From NCBI GenBank assembly GCA_035506195.1, contig DATJPV010000025.1:22494-86493 (forward strand): DNA of 64,000 bases, in the 5' to 3' direction. Origin of the DNA: Patescibacteria group bacterium (GTDB taxonomy: Bacteria > Omnitrophota > Gorgyraeia > Gygaellales > Profunditerraquicolaceae). Every line of letters starts with the position of its first letter. Within the stretch, counting starts at the first letter, position 1. The notes beneath the pieces were generated by a model. The model searched no databases. It had not been told where the DNA came from and was given only the letters and a program-made list of their open reading frames with translations. This document shows positions 18,821-27,034 of the stretch, in pieces. Made by a program: the position numbers and the translations under genes.

Positions 18821-19076
18821 CCGATGCTTTTATCTCCGTTATAAGAGAGGCCATGCCCTGAATAGAGCGGAACCGCTGATCAAAGAAATGCTCCTCCTGG
18901 AAGGTGACGCCGAAGGTCTCTTCAAGGAATGTTGCCAGTTCAAACGCCCCCATAGAGTCAATGACGCCGGTTTCAAAAAGATTCTGCCCGTCGCTTAAGT
19001 CTTTTTCGCTGGCCCGTAGCCTGCGGACCAGATACGCCTTTATCTTCTGCCTGATATCATTCTCGCTTACACGCAT
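18813..19076 (-). CDS. acyl/peptidyl carrier protein (DltC-like)
   Basis: 87 aa with a 4'-phosphopantetheine attachment motif (GVIDSMGAFEL). Confidence 0.8.
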   Translation of the reverse strand: MRVSENDIRQKIKAYLVRRLRASEKDLSDGQNLFETGVIDSMGAFELATFLEETFGVTFQEEHFFDQRFRSIQGMASLITEIKASDA

Positions 19077-20527
19077 ACGTATCCTGCCGCCTTTTTCGCC
19101 CTAAGCCGGTCGATCTTTCCCGCGGCTGTCTTCGGCATGGCATCCACGAACACTATTTCCCGGGGCATCATGAATTCGGGAAGATGCTCTTTGCAGGCAT
19201 CCAGGATATCCTGCGCGCAGGTTCCTTTTGCTTTCTCGTGCAGAGAAATGACGGCCTTGATCTTATGGCCGCGCAGGTCATCCTCAACTCCGAAGACAAC
19301 CGCCTCCCTGACCTGCGCAACCCTGCAGAGAGCGTCTTCGATCTCCTGCGGACTGATCCGGTGGCCGAGGCATTTTATCATTTCATCATTCCTGCCGATG
19401 AAATACAAAAATCCCTCTTCGTCTTTTTTCACGATGTCGCCGGACCATACCGCCATCTCTTCGCCGCCAGGAGCCGGCCTTAAAATCTTCTTTGTCTCCT
19501 GCGGATCATTCCAATACCCCTGGAAAACGACCCCCCCGCAATGAAGCAGAACCCCCTCTTCCCCGGGCAGGCACTCCTTGCCTTCTTTATTGATAACCAG
19601 TATGCGTACCCCGGGGATGGGTTTACCGATAGAGCCCGGCCGGCGCGCAAGCTCATCGGGAGGCAGGTACGTCGAACGAAAAGCCTCGGTCAAACCGTAC
19701 ATCAGATAGATCTGCGTGCGCGTCAGCACTTTTCTTAACTCGTCGAGATATCTGCCGGGGATGGCCCCTCCGGAATTGGTGACGTAGCGCAGGTCCGGAA
19801 AGGACATTTTTTTAAAAGACGAAATATCCTGCAGGAGCATGACCCATACGGTCGGTATCCCGGCAAAGCCGGTGATGCGCCTGGCCAGGAGGGTCTTGCA
19901 GATATCGTTGGGGAACATCGATCTTTGCAGGACCAGTGTCCCGGCCGCAAGGCAGGCGGTTAACAGCTGGCTCAGGCCGTAATCAAAACTAAACGGCAAT
20001 ACGCCAAGGATGACATCCTCATCCGTATTGCCTAAATACCCTGCCACCACCCGCGCCCCTAAAACCAGGTTCCCGTGGCTAAGGACAACTCCCTTGGGAT
20101 AACCGGTGGAACCAGAGGTGTATATGATGGCAGCCGTATCGTTTTCGGTCAATGCCGGCATCGCCAGGCAGGCCCCGGCATCCCCTTTGCACAAAGAATC
20201 AAACTCCGAGGCATCGATAATACAGCGCATGCCGCAATTCTCGGCGCGATAAGAGACCTGGCTGCGGGTAAGCGTCGGGCCGATATCGACAAAGATCCCT
20301 CCTGCCTTGGAGATACCCCAGATAGAAATGACCTCTTCGATGCTCTTCTCCAGCACAATGCCGACCCGGTCCCCCTTTTTTATGCCCCTGGAAATCAAAG
20401 AACAGGCCAGGGCGTCGGAACGGATCTCCAGCTCCTTATATGAGATGCCCCGGTCATTTTCTAGGACGGCAGGCTTTTCGGGGAAAAGCGCGGCGCTCTG
20501 GCGCAATATATCAGGGAGTATACGCAT
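19067..20527 (-). CDS. AMP-dependent synthetase/ligase, carrier-protein-loading adenylation enzyme (DltA-like)
   Basis: AMP-binding motifs (TSGSTGYPKGV, YGLTE, conserved C-terminal K). The ORF extends to 20638, but the likely start is MRILPDILRQ at 20527, 11 nt downstream of an extended -10. Confidence 0.8.
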   Translation of the reverse strand: MRILPDILRQSAALFPEKPAVLENDRGISYKELEIRSDALACSLISRGIKKGDRVGIVLEKSIEEVISIWGISKAGGIFVDIGPTLTRSQVSYRAENCGMRCIIDASEFDSLCKGDAGACLAMPALTENDTAAIIYTSGSTGYPKGVVLSHGNLVLGARVVAGYLGNTDEDVILGVLPFSFDYGLSQLLTACLAAGTLVLQRSMFPNDICKTLLARRITGFAGIPTVWVMLLQDISSFKKMSFPDLRYVTNSGGAIPGRYLDELRKVLTRTQIYLMYGLTEAFRSTYLPPDELARRPGSIGKPIPGVRILVINKEGKECLPGEEGVLLHCGGVVFQGYWNDPQETKKILRPAPGGEEMAVWSGDIVKKDEEGFLYFIGRNDEMIKCLGHRISPQEIEDALCRVAQVREAVVFGVEDDLRGHKIKAVISLHEKAKGTCAQDILDACKEHLPEFMMPREIVFVDAMPKTAAGKIDRLRAKKAAGYVCV

Positions 20528-20538
20528 ACGTGCGTATA

Positions 20539-20547
20539 TTATAGCAT
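20539..20547 (-). promoter_or_regulatory. extended -10 element (TGcTATAAT) for the Dlt-like operon
   Basis: Minus strand: GTTATGCTATAATATACGCACGT-ATG. The -10 ends 11 nt before the start codon, which implies a leaderless or very short-leader mRNA. Confidence 0.4.
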
Positions 20548-20609
20548 AACTGCCGTGCGCGTGCGATAGGCGAAGTTTGTTCTTTATTGCCGGGAGAAAA
20601 TGGGCTACA

Positions 20610-22205
20610 ATGATGCGTATGAAGATAGCCTGCATCACGATAAACTCTCTGGATAATTATGCCGGGATCCCGAAATGGAGATATTCCCTGCCATTTGCCT
20701 ACCTGCAAAGCTACTATACGCTGTCGAAATTCCATAGCCGCACGCAGTTCGTCGACATCGTCAAGGACGTCAACGCGGATGAGCCCGAATTGCTGGATGC
20801 CATAGAAAAAGAGTCTCCGGACGTGGCGGCTTTTTCCTGCTACGTCTGGAACACGCAAAAAGTATGCAGGCTCCTGCCCAAAATACGAAAGCGCCTCAGG
20901 CAGACCCGGATCGTAGTCGGCGGCCCCGAGTGCACCCCTGATTTCATGGGGCTGCTGGAGCCCGGCTCTTATTTCGATGTCCTCGTAAAAGGCGAAGGGG
21001 AAACGGTATTCCGTCAGCTCATCGACACTCTGCATGAAACCGGCGGGATCGCGCACGATATCCCGGGGACCATCTGTTATGCAAAGGCAGCGCGCCGCTT
21101 CATCGAAAACCCCGATGCCCAGCCGCTTAGGGATATCAATGCCATACCTTCTCCATACCTAAACGGCATCATCGATGTCAAAGGGCTGGCAAGCTCGGTG
21201 ATCGGGATAGAGACCCAGAGAGGCTGCGCCTATCACTGCGGCTATTGCAGCTATCCTAAAGGCGCCAAGACGATACGCTATTTCGATATGCAGCGGATCC
21301 TTCGGGAACTGGACCTTATTCTGGCGGCAGGACCCCGGCAGCTGTATCTGATGGACCCGATGTTCAATTCCGACCGGAACCGGGCAGGGCAGATACTGCG
21401 GCACATCGGCAAAAAAAATACCGCGCCCAAAACCGTCATCAACACCGAGATCCTTATCGATACCATGGATGAAACATTGTTTGCGCTTGCGCGCAAGGCG
21501 GGAGTCAAAACGATCGAGGTGGGGATCCAAAGTTTCAATCCTGTTGCGATAAAAAACCTCCACCGGCACCGCAACGAAAAGAAGCTCCTGGCGAACATGC
21601 GCACAGGCTTAAAATACGGACTCAACCTGATCCCGCAGATCATCTACGGGCTTCCGGGGGATACGCTCGGCGATTTCTTCGATTCTTTCGACAGGATGTA
21701 CGCGTTTAAGGTAAAAGAACTTGACCTGTTCCGGCTCTTGATCCTGCCGGGCACCGAATTCAGGAAAAAAGCGCTGTTGTACGGCATGACCTATGATGCC
21801 GCGCCGCCCTATGAGATAAGGTCGAACGGACAACTCTCGGTAAAAGAAGCCGACTATCTGGATCTGTTCAGAAAGGTGGTTCTGTGCACCGTCTGGTACA
21901 AAGAAGTTATCATGCAGATCTGCCGGAAGGCCCATTTGCCATACCACCAGCTCTTTAACGGGTTTGTGGCAGCGCGGAGAAGATCCCTGGAAAATACCAT
22001 CTTCGACTGGCCGATACACTCGAAGGAAGACAAGGACAGCGCCATGCGCATAGTCAGGCGCTTCAGCGATTATTTAGGAAAAACGGCGGGGCGCTCGAAA
22101 GGAACGTACGAGCCGATCCGGCGCAAGATCGCGCAAGCCGAAGCCTATACCAAGAAGGTCCTGCTTTTTAGATACTTAAGCGTCCGCAGCACTAGGCCTG
22201 TTTAA
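20610..22205 (+). CDS. cobalamin-binding (class B) radical SAM enzyme
   Basis: An N-terminal Rossmann-type B12-binding domain (RIVVGGPECTP) followed by a radical SAM CxxxCxxC (CAYHCGYC). Alternative starts exist at 20613 and 20619 (MKIACIT). TACAAT at 20606-20611 would make the 20619 start leaderless. Confidence 0.8.
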   Translation: MMRMKIACITINSLDNYAGIPKWRYSLPFAYLQSYYTLSKFHSRTQFVDIVKDVNADEPELLDAIEKESPDVAAFSCYVWNTQKVCRLLPKIRKRLRQTRIVVGGPECTPDFMGLLEPGSYFDVLVKGEGETVFRQLIDTLHETGGIAHDIPGTICYAKAARRFIENPDAQPLRDINAIPSPYLNGIIDVKGLASSVIGIETQRGCAYHCGYCSYPKGAKTIRYFDMQRILRELDLILAAGPRQLYLMDPMFNSDRNRAGQILRHIGKKNTAPKTVINTEILIDTMDETLFALARKAGVKTIEVGIQSFNPVAIKNLHRHRNEKKLLANMRTGLKYGLNLIPQIIYGLPGDTLGDFFDSFDRMYAFKVKELDLFRLLILPGTEFRKKALLYGMTYDAAPPYEIRSNGQLSVKEADYLDLFRKVVLCTVWYKEVIMQICRKAHLPYHQLFNGFVAARRRSLENTIFDWPIHSKEDKDSAMRIVRRFSDYLGKTAGRSKGTYEPIRRKIAQAEAYTKKVLLFRYLSVRSTRPV

Positions 22206-24388
22206 GGCTGCCGGTATGGCGCCAGCGCCTCTTGCAGCTTGGCATTTTTCAAACCGCACTCACTTGCTTTATCGCAATACTCAATAGCCAGCTTGTACTG
22301 TTTCTGCTTAAAATAATACTTAGATAAATTATCATAGGCTCTGGCATGCTTCGGATCGGCCTCTATCGCCTTCTTGAAGAATGCGACGGCTTCGCCTTCC
22401 CTGCCGAGCTTGTAGTACACCGAGCCGATATTGTTAAGCACTCTTGCATACTTTGGCGCAAGCGCAAACGCCTTGTGGTAAACCGCCAAGGCATCCTGAT
22501 ATTTCTGCATCCTCTCATACACCACGCCTAAATTATAATAGGCGTCTACGTAGGCGGGGTCTATCGCGACGGCCTTAAGGTATGCCTTCTCTGCTTCCGG
22601 GAACTCTTTCTGGTGCGTATAGGCGTTGCCCAGATTATAGTAAGCCTTGGCGTAATCCGGCTCGCATTGTATCGCCTTCATGTATAAGGCCATTGCCTCC
22701 CGGACCTTTCCTTGCTTTTCATACACCGAGCCGAGGTTATTATAGGCGACCTCCTCGTCAGGATTCAGCGATATGGCTTTCTTGTACAAGGCGATCGCCT
22801 CTTCGGTTTTTCCCATCTGCTCATAAATGACGCCGAGGTTATTGTACGGCGTCACATAGTTGGGATTTGCCTTGATCGATTCCTTGTAGAGGGCTATCGC
22901 GGTGTCAAAATGACCCGCCTTTTCGTTCATGACCCCCAGGTTATTATAGGGGATAGCCGCCGAGGATTCCGTCTGCAGGGGCTTCTTGAACAGCGCCATA
23001 GCCTCCTGATACAGGCCAAGCCTTTCATATATCGTCCCCAGGTTATTGAGCGCCCGTGCGTTGTGCGGCTCAAGCGCCAGGAGCCTTTTCAGCAGATCTA
23101 TGGCCTTGTCTAATTCCCCTTGCTCCTTATAGATGTTGCTTAAGTTCAGCAGGGCAATGGTACTGTGGGGATTATATTTGAGCAACCTGGTATAGGTTTC
23201 CTGCGGATTCCTCCAGAACTTATTCTGCGCCATACTGAGCGCTGAATACGCCAGTACCAGGCAGGCTGCCAGGGCCGTGGCGCAATATGCGCATTTCTTG
23301 ATCCTGGATAAGCGCGAAAAACCCGCTGCCAGAAGAAGGCATACCCCCAGGGAAGGCAGGTATAAAAAATGCTCTGCCATATAAGAAAACAACGGATAGA
23401 TGTTGGAGACGGGCGCCAGAGAAATCAGAAACCAGGATATGCAGAAAAATACCAGGGGGCTGCCCCTCTTGGACCTGAAGATATACAGGAAGGCATACAC
23501 TAAAAAAGCGGCTACCAGGCCCATGCCGAGCAGCGCCTGGGGATGGCTGAACTTAAAAAGGGGCCGGCCGTAATCGATGTGCAGATTATACGGCAGGACC
23601 ATCAGGCGGATATAATTTGTGATAGCCACAAAAAGCCCGGGCACCCTTTCAAGGGCGCTATGCGCGACGCCTGCCTTGAGGCTGGCTACTTTAAAAAGGA
23701 ACGAACGCGCAAAAAGATACGCACCGGCCATGCCGCACAACAGGACAAAAACGCTTACACGCGCCGGCTTCCGGAAGCAGGCGTGATAGAGCGCCAGCAG
23801 CGCGGGAAACACGATGCCGTTTTCCTTAAGCAGGAGTATCGCCGCAAAACACAGCACCAGCAGCGCCGTATTGCGCAAAACCCTCTTATCCTCCAGCTGC
23901 TTTACATAAAAGATCAGGCCCAGCAGTATGCACAAAACAACCAGCAGGTCGGCGCGGTCGGAGATATAGGCTACCGACTCAACCTGCACGGGGTGCGCGA
24001 CAAAAAACAGGGCCGTCAACAGCGCCAGGAGCTTTTCTTGAAAAAGTATAAGGATGAGCCAGTAGACGGCCAGCGCAACCAGAATATGCAAAATGGTATT
24101 GGTGAGATGGTAGGTGGAGCTGTTCAATTTCCCGAAGGTGTAGCTGATCCTGAAGGAAAACGTCGTCAGGGGGCGGTAAAATCCGAAGCGCGCCTTGCCT
24201 CCGGGAGAAAAATCATCGTTGATGACCTTCGATAGCGTAAGGCCGCTTTTGATGCGGGGGTTCTGTTCGATCACGAATTGATCATCCAGAACAAACTTGC
24301 CGTGCAACGAATTCGCGTAAATCGCGCATCCTAAAACCGCTATCAAAAACAAAGGTACGAATGATCGTAAGAAAACGGATCTGGTCAT
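22202..24388 (-). CDS. TMTC-like protein: N-terminal GT-C/PMT-like polytopic membrane domain fused to ~13 C-terminal TPRs
   Basis: ORF 22202..24592; the likely start is MTRSVFL at 24388. About 11 TM helices with a DUF1736/PMT_2-like conserved region (HLTNTILHILVALAVYW...VAHPVQVESVAYIS). The C-terminal half is canonical TPR (AYNNLG, AYYNLG repeats). Confidence 0.7.
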   Translation of the reverse strand: MTRSVFLRSFVPLFLIAVLGCAIYANSLHGKFVLDDQFVIEQNPRIKSGLTLSKVINDDFSPGGKARFGFYRPLTTFSFRISYTFGKLNSSTYHLTNTILHILVALAVYWLILILFQEKLLALLTALFFVAHPVQVESVAYISDRADLLVVLCILLGLIFYVKQLEDKRVLRNTALLVLCFAAILLLKENGIVFPALLALYHACFRKPARVSVFVLLCGMAGAYLFARSFLFKVASLKAGVAHSALERVPGLFVAITNYIRLMVLPYNLHIDYGRPLFKFSHPQALLGMGLVAAFLVYAFLYIFRSKRGSPLVFFCISWFLISLAPVSNIYPLFSYMAEHFLYLPSLGVCLLLAAGFSRLSRIKKCAYCATALAACLVLAYSALSMAQNKFWRNPQETYTRLLKYNPHSTIALLNLSNIYKEQGELDKAIDLLKRLLALEPHNARALNNLGTIYERLGLYQEAMALFKKPLQTESSAAIPYNNLGVMNEKAGHFDTAIALYKESIKANPNYVTPYNNLGVIYEQMGKTEEAIALYKKAISLNPDEEVAYNNLGSVYEKQGKVREAMALYMKAIQCEPDYAKAYYNLGNAYTHQKEFPEAEKAYLKAVAIDPAYVDAYYNLGVVYERMQKYQDALAVYHKAFALAPKYARVLNNIGSVYYKLGREGEAVAFFKKAIEADPKHARAYDNLSKYYFKQKQYKLAIEYCDKASECGLKNAKLQEALAPYRQP

Positions 24389-25467
24389 CGGGCGGCCTTT
24401 GCGTTGTGAATAAAAAAGTTCAGCAGTTTTTTTGCGGGCGTCAGGCATGCCATGGAAGTCTTTACGTCCCGCAGGTCGATATTCTCCACCGTCGGCCAGC
24501 TGACGATCTTTACTTCCAGCTTCTTTGCCGCCCCGGCTCCTACCCCTGAAGCGGGGATAAACTTTTTCTCCTTGATGCGGCCCCGGAGGCAAAAGATGAC
24601 GCTGCGGCCCAGGCGGGATCTTAGAAAATCGGTTTTCAGCTGCTGCCTGTCGATATGCGCCTGTCTTGCAAACAGATCGAACAGCTCGGAAAATGCATAG
24701 CCGGCGGGCGCGCTTTTCGCAAGGCCCCTTGCCGGCACACAGCTGCGGAAACGGATCTGGGAGATAAAATGGGTTCGGCGCATGGCAAACATAAGCAGAT
24801 CATTGAGTTCCCGGTCATTCAAGCCGCGATACACCGTAACAGAGAGAATAGTCGCCACGCGCTGGCGCGCAAGATTCAGGAGGGCCTTCTTTTTTGCCGC
24901 CAGGATATTCCGGTTGCCGGAAAGCTTCTCATAGAAGGCGCTCTTTAAGCTGTCGAAAGAAAAAAGTACCTGACCCAGGCCTGCTCTTTTCAGGCTCCTC
25001 ACATATCGTTCATCCGCAAGCCTCAGGCCGTTGGTTTCCAGGACCGCTTGTTTTCCGGAAGCCTTGACCGCCCTGATAATCCGGGGCAGGTCTTGGCGCA
25101 ACGTAGGTTCTCCGCCGGAAAGCTCTACCGACTCCCCTTTAAAATCCTTCACGGCCTGCCGTATTTCGTCAAAGGCCGTATCCGACGTACGGGAGGAACC
25201 GGTAAAACAATATGCGCAACGCACATTGCATCTATGCGTTACCGGCAAAAACATGATCGTAAAATGCAGGGGCTTGCGTAGCGGTATGCCGGCAAACCAC
25301 CGGTAGAACACGGGGTCTTTTTCTACCAGGCCAACAGACGTTCCGTGCCGGGGGCAGGCCTTACGGATAAGGACCCTGCCGCCTTCTTCATAGATACGTG
25401 CAGGGGCCTTGCGGCAGCATACATTGCAAAGGCCCGTGGTCTTGCGGTTTAGCGCATGCATAATCAA
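24385..25467 (-). CDS. radical SAM enzyme with N-terminal Cys4 zinc-ribbon/rubredoxin-like motif
   Basis: N-terminus CNVCC...(19 aa)...CPRHG, then a radical SAM CxxxCxxC (CNVRCAYC) and a glycine-rich SAM motif (ELSGGEPTL). Confidence 0.7.
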   Translation of the reverse strand: MIMHALNRKTTGLCNVCCRKAPARIYEEGGRVLIRKACPRHGTSVGLVEKDPVFYRWFAGIPLRKPLHFTIMFLPVTHRCNVRCAYCFTGSSRTSDTAFDEIRQAVKDFKGESVELSGGEPTLRQDLPRIIRAVKASGKQAVLETNGLRLADERYVRSLKRAGLGQVLFSFDSLKSAFYEKLSGNRNILAAKKKALLNLARQRVATILSVTVYRGLNDRELNDLLMFAMRRTHFISQIRFRSCVPARGLAKSAPAGYAFSELFDLFARQAHIDRQQLKTDFLRSRLGRSVIFCLRGRIKEKKFIPASGVGAGAAKKLEVKIVSWPTVENIDLRDVKTSMACLTPAKKLLNFFIHNAKAAR

Positions 25468-25514
25468 TTTATTTTAGTGAATAGGGCTACCTCTGTCAAG
25501 CGGTTGTTTCCTCC

Positions 25515-25543
25515 TTGAAAGCGCCTGGCGCATAAGGTATAAT
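25515..25543 (+). promoter_or_regulatory. sigma70 consensus-like promoter (TTGAAA-N17-TATAAT)
   Basis: TTGAAAgcgcctggcgcataaggTATAAT ends 9 nt before ATG 25553, giving a leaderless or short-leader transcript. The spacer contains the small palindrome GCGCCTGGCGC. Confidence 0.5.
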
Positions 25544-25552
25544 GAACTTCCT

Positions 25553-27031
25553 ATGAGCAGGAAAGTTATTCTCTTTTATCCACGCCATACGAAAGGCTGG
25601 GAAGTCCAGCCCTGGTGCGACGCCCCCCTGGGCCTTTTGTGCGTCGCAACGCCTTTAGTGCATGCCGGTTATACGGTCAAGATCATCGACCAGCGGATCG
25701 AACCGGCATGGCGCCGGATACTCCAGGATGAGCTAAAAGGCGCCCCGATCTGCGTAGGCATGTCTTCTACTACCGGCCCTCAGCTGCAATATGCCCTCCA
25801 GGTATCCCGGCTCATCAAAGAATACGCGGATGTGCCGGTAGTCTGGGGAGGGGTACACCCAAGCCTCCTGCCGCAGCAAACTTTGCAGGAAGACGATGTC
25901 GATGTGGTCGTCCAGGGAGAAGGCGAAGCGACCTTCCTGGAGCTGGTCAGGGCCCTGGAAGAAAAGAAGCCTCTTAACAGCGTCAAGGGCATCTGGTACA
26001 AGGACAACGCCGCCATCTGCCGCACCGAAAGCCGTCCCTTCATAAACCTTAACGAACAGCCCCCTCTTGCCTGGGACACCATCGAACCGAGGCGCTACAT
26101 CCGCACTGTCTTCGGCGTCGAGCGTTTGAGCTTTTTTACCAGCCGCGGATGCCCCTACGGCTGCGCGTTCTGCTATAACGCCGCATTCAATAAGAGGCGC
26201 TGGCGTTGCCTGGAGCCGGAATTGGCGGTCCGGCGGATAAAAGAACTGGTAGAGACATACAAGGTCAAAGGGATCTTTCTTACCGATTCGAATTCCTTCG
26301 TGGACATGAACTGGGCAAGGCAGTTCTTGAAAGCCTTGATACGCGAAAGGCTGGATATGGTGATCACCCGCATGCACATCTGCTTTGATTCTCTAGTGAA
26401 CATGAATGCGGATGACTTTGCGCTCCTGGAAAAGGCGGGCTGCCGATGCCTGGCTATCGGAATCGAATCCGGCTCAGAGAGAATCCGCAACCTCCTGAAC
26501 AAGCCCATCGACGTATCCGCCCTTCTGAAGATGAACCGGCAATTCGGCGCATACTCTTTTTTCCCTCTCTATTTCTTCATGATCGGCTTTCCGACCGAAA
26601 CAAAGGAAGAAATGAAGGAAACGGTTTCTCTGTTTTCAAGGCTCGTCGAAGAAAACCCCAGGGCCTCCAAGTCCGTGAACATCTATACGCCTTTTCCGGG
26701 CACGGAGCTCTTTAACCTGGCGGTTTCATGCGGGATGAAGCCGCCGCAACGCACCAAAGACTGGGTGGATTTGAATTACCGCAGCGTCAGCCGTTTTTCC
26801 GGCTTCCTTTCGGATGAGATGAGGAGTATCGTGGAAATGCTGGATTTCTGCGCGTTCTTTGTCGGCCGCAGGTCATACCGTTCCCCCTACAAAAAGACCA
26901 ACAAATTCATCGTCTTCTTAAGCAACCTCTACGCCCCCATTGCCAGGAAGCGGATAAGGAACCTGTATTACCGCTTCCCCTTCGAGATCAAACTCGCCAA
27001 GCTCCTGAGGCTCTACGCCAAACAGAGCTAA
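25553..27031 (+). CDS. cobalamin-binding (class B) radical SAM enzyme, paralogue A
   Basis: B12-domain signature VVWGGVHPS, then CPYGCAFC. 492 aa. Near-identical length and collinear sequence to the convergent paralogue 27035..28513. Confidence 0.85.
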   Translation: MSRKVILFYPRHTKGWEVQPWCDAPLGLLCVATPLVHAGYTVKIIDQRIEPAWRRILQDELKGAPICVGMSSTTGPQLQYALQVSRLIKEYADVPVVWGGVHPSLLPQQTLQEDDVDVVVQGEGEATFLELVRALEEKKPLNSVKGIWYKDNAAICRTESRPFINLNEQPPLAWDTIEPRRYIRTVFGVERLSFFTSRGCPYGCAFCYNAAFNKRRWRCLEPELAVRRIKELVETYKVKGIFLTDSNSFVDMNWARQFLKALIRERLDMVITRMHICFDSLVNMNADDFALLEKAGCRCLAIGIESGSERIRNLLNKPIDVSALLKMNRQFGAYSFFPLYFFMIGFPTETKEEMKETVSLFSRLVEENPRASKSVNIYTPFPGTELFNLAVSCGMKPPQRTKDWVDLNYRSVSRFSGFLSDEMRSIVEMLDFCAFFVGRRSYRSPYKKTNKFIVFLSNLYAPIARKRIRNLYYRFPFEIKLAKLLRLYAKQS

Positions 27032-27034
27032 CCG

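Noticed and set aside
23543-24235. 230-aa plus-strand ORF rich in Gln/Arg/Lys
   Set aside because: It is antisense to the membrane domain of the TMTC-like gene. The antisense strand of a hydrophobic domain translates to charged low-complexity sequence.
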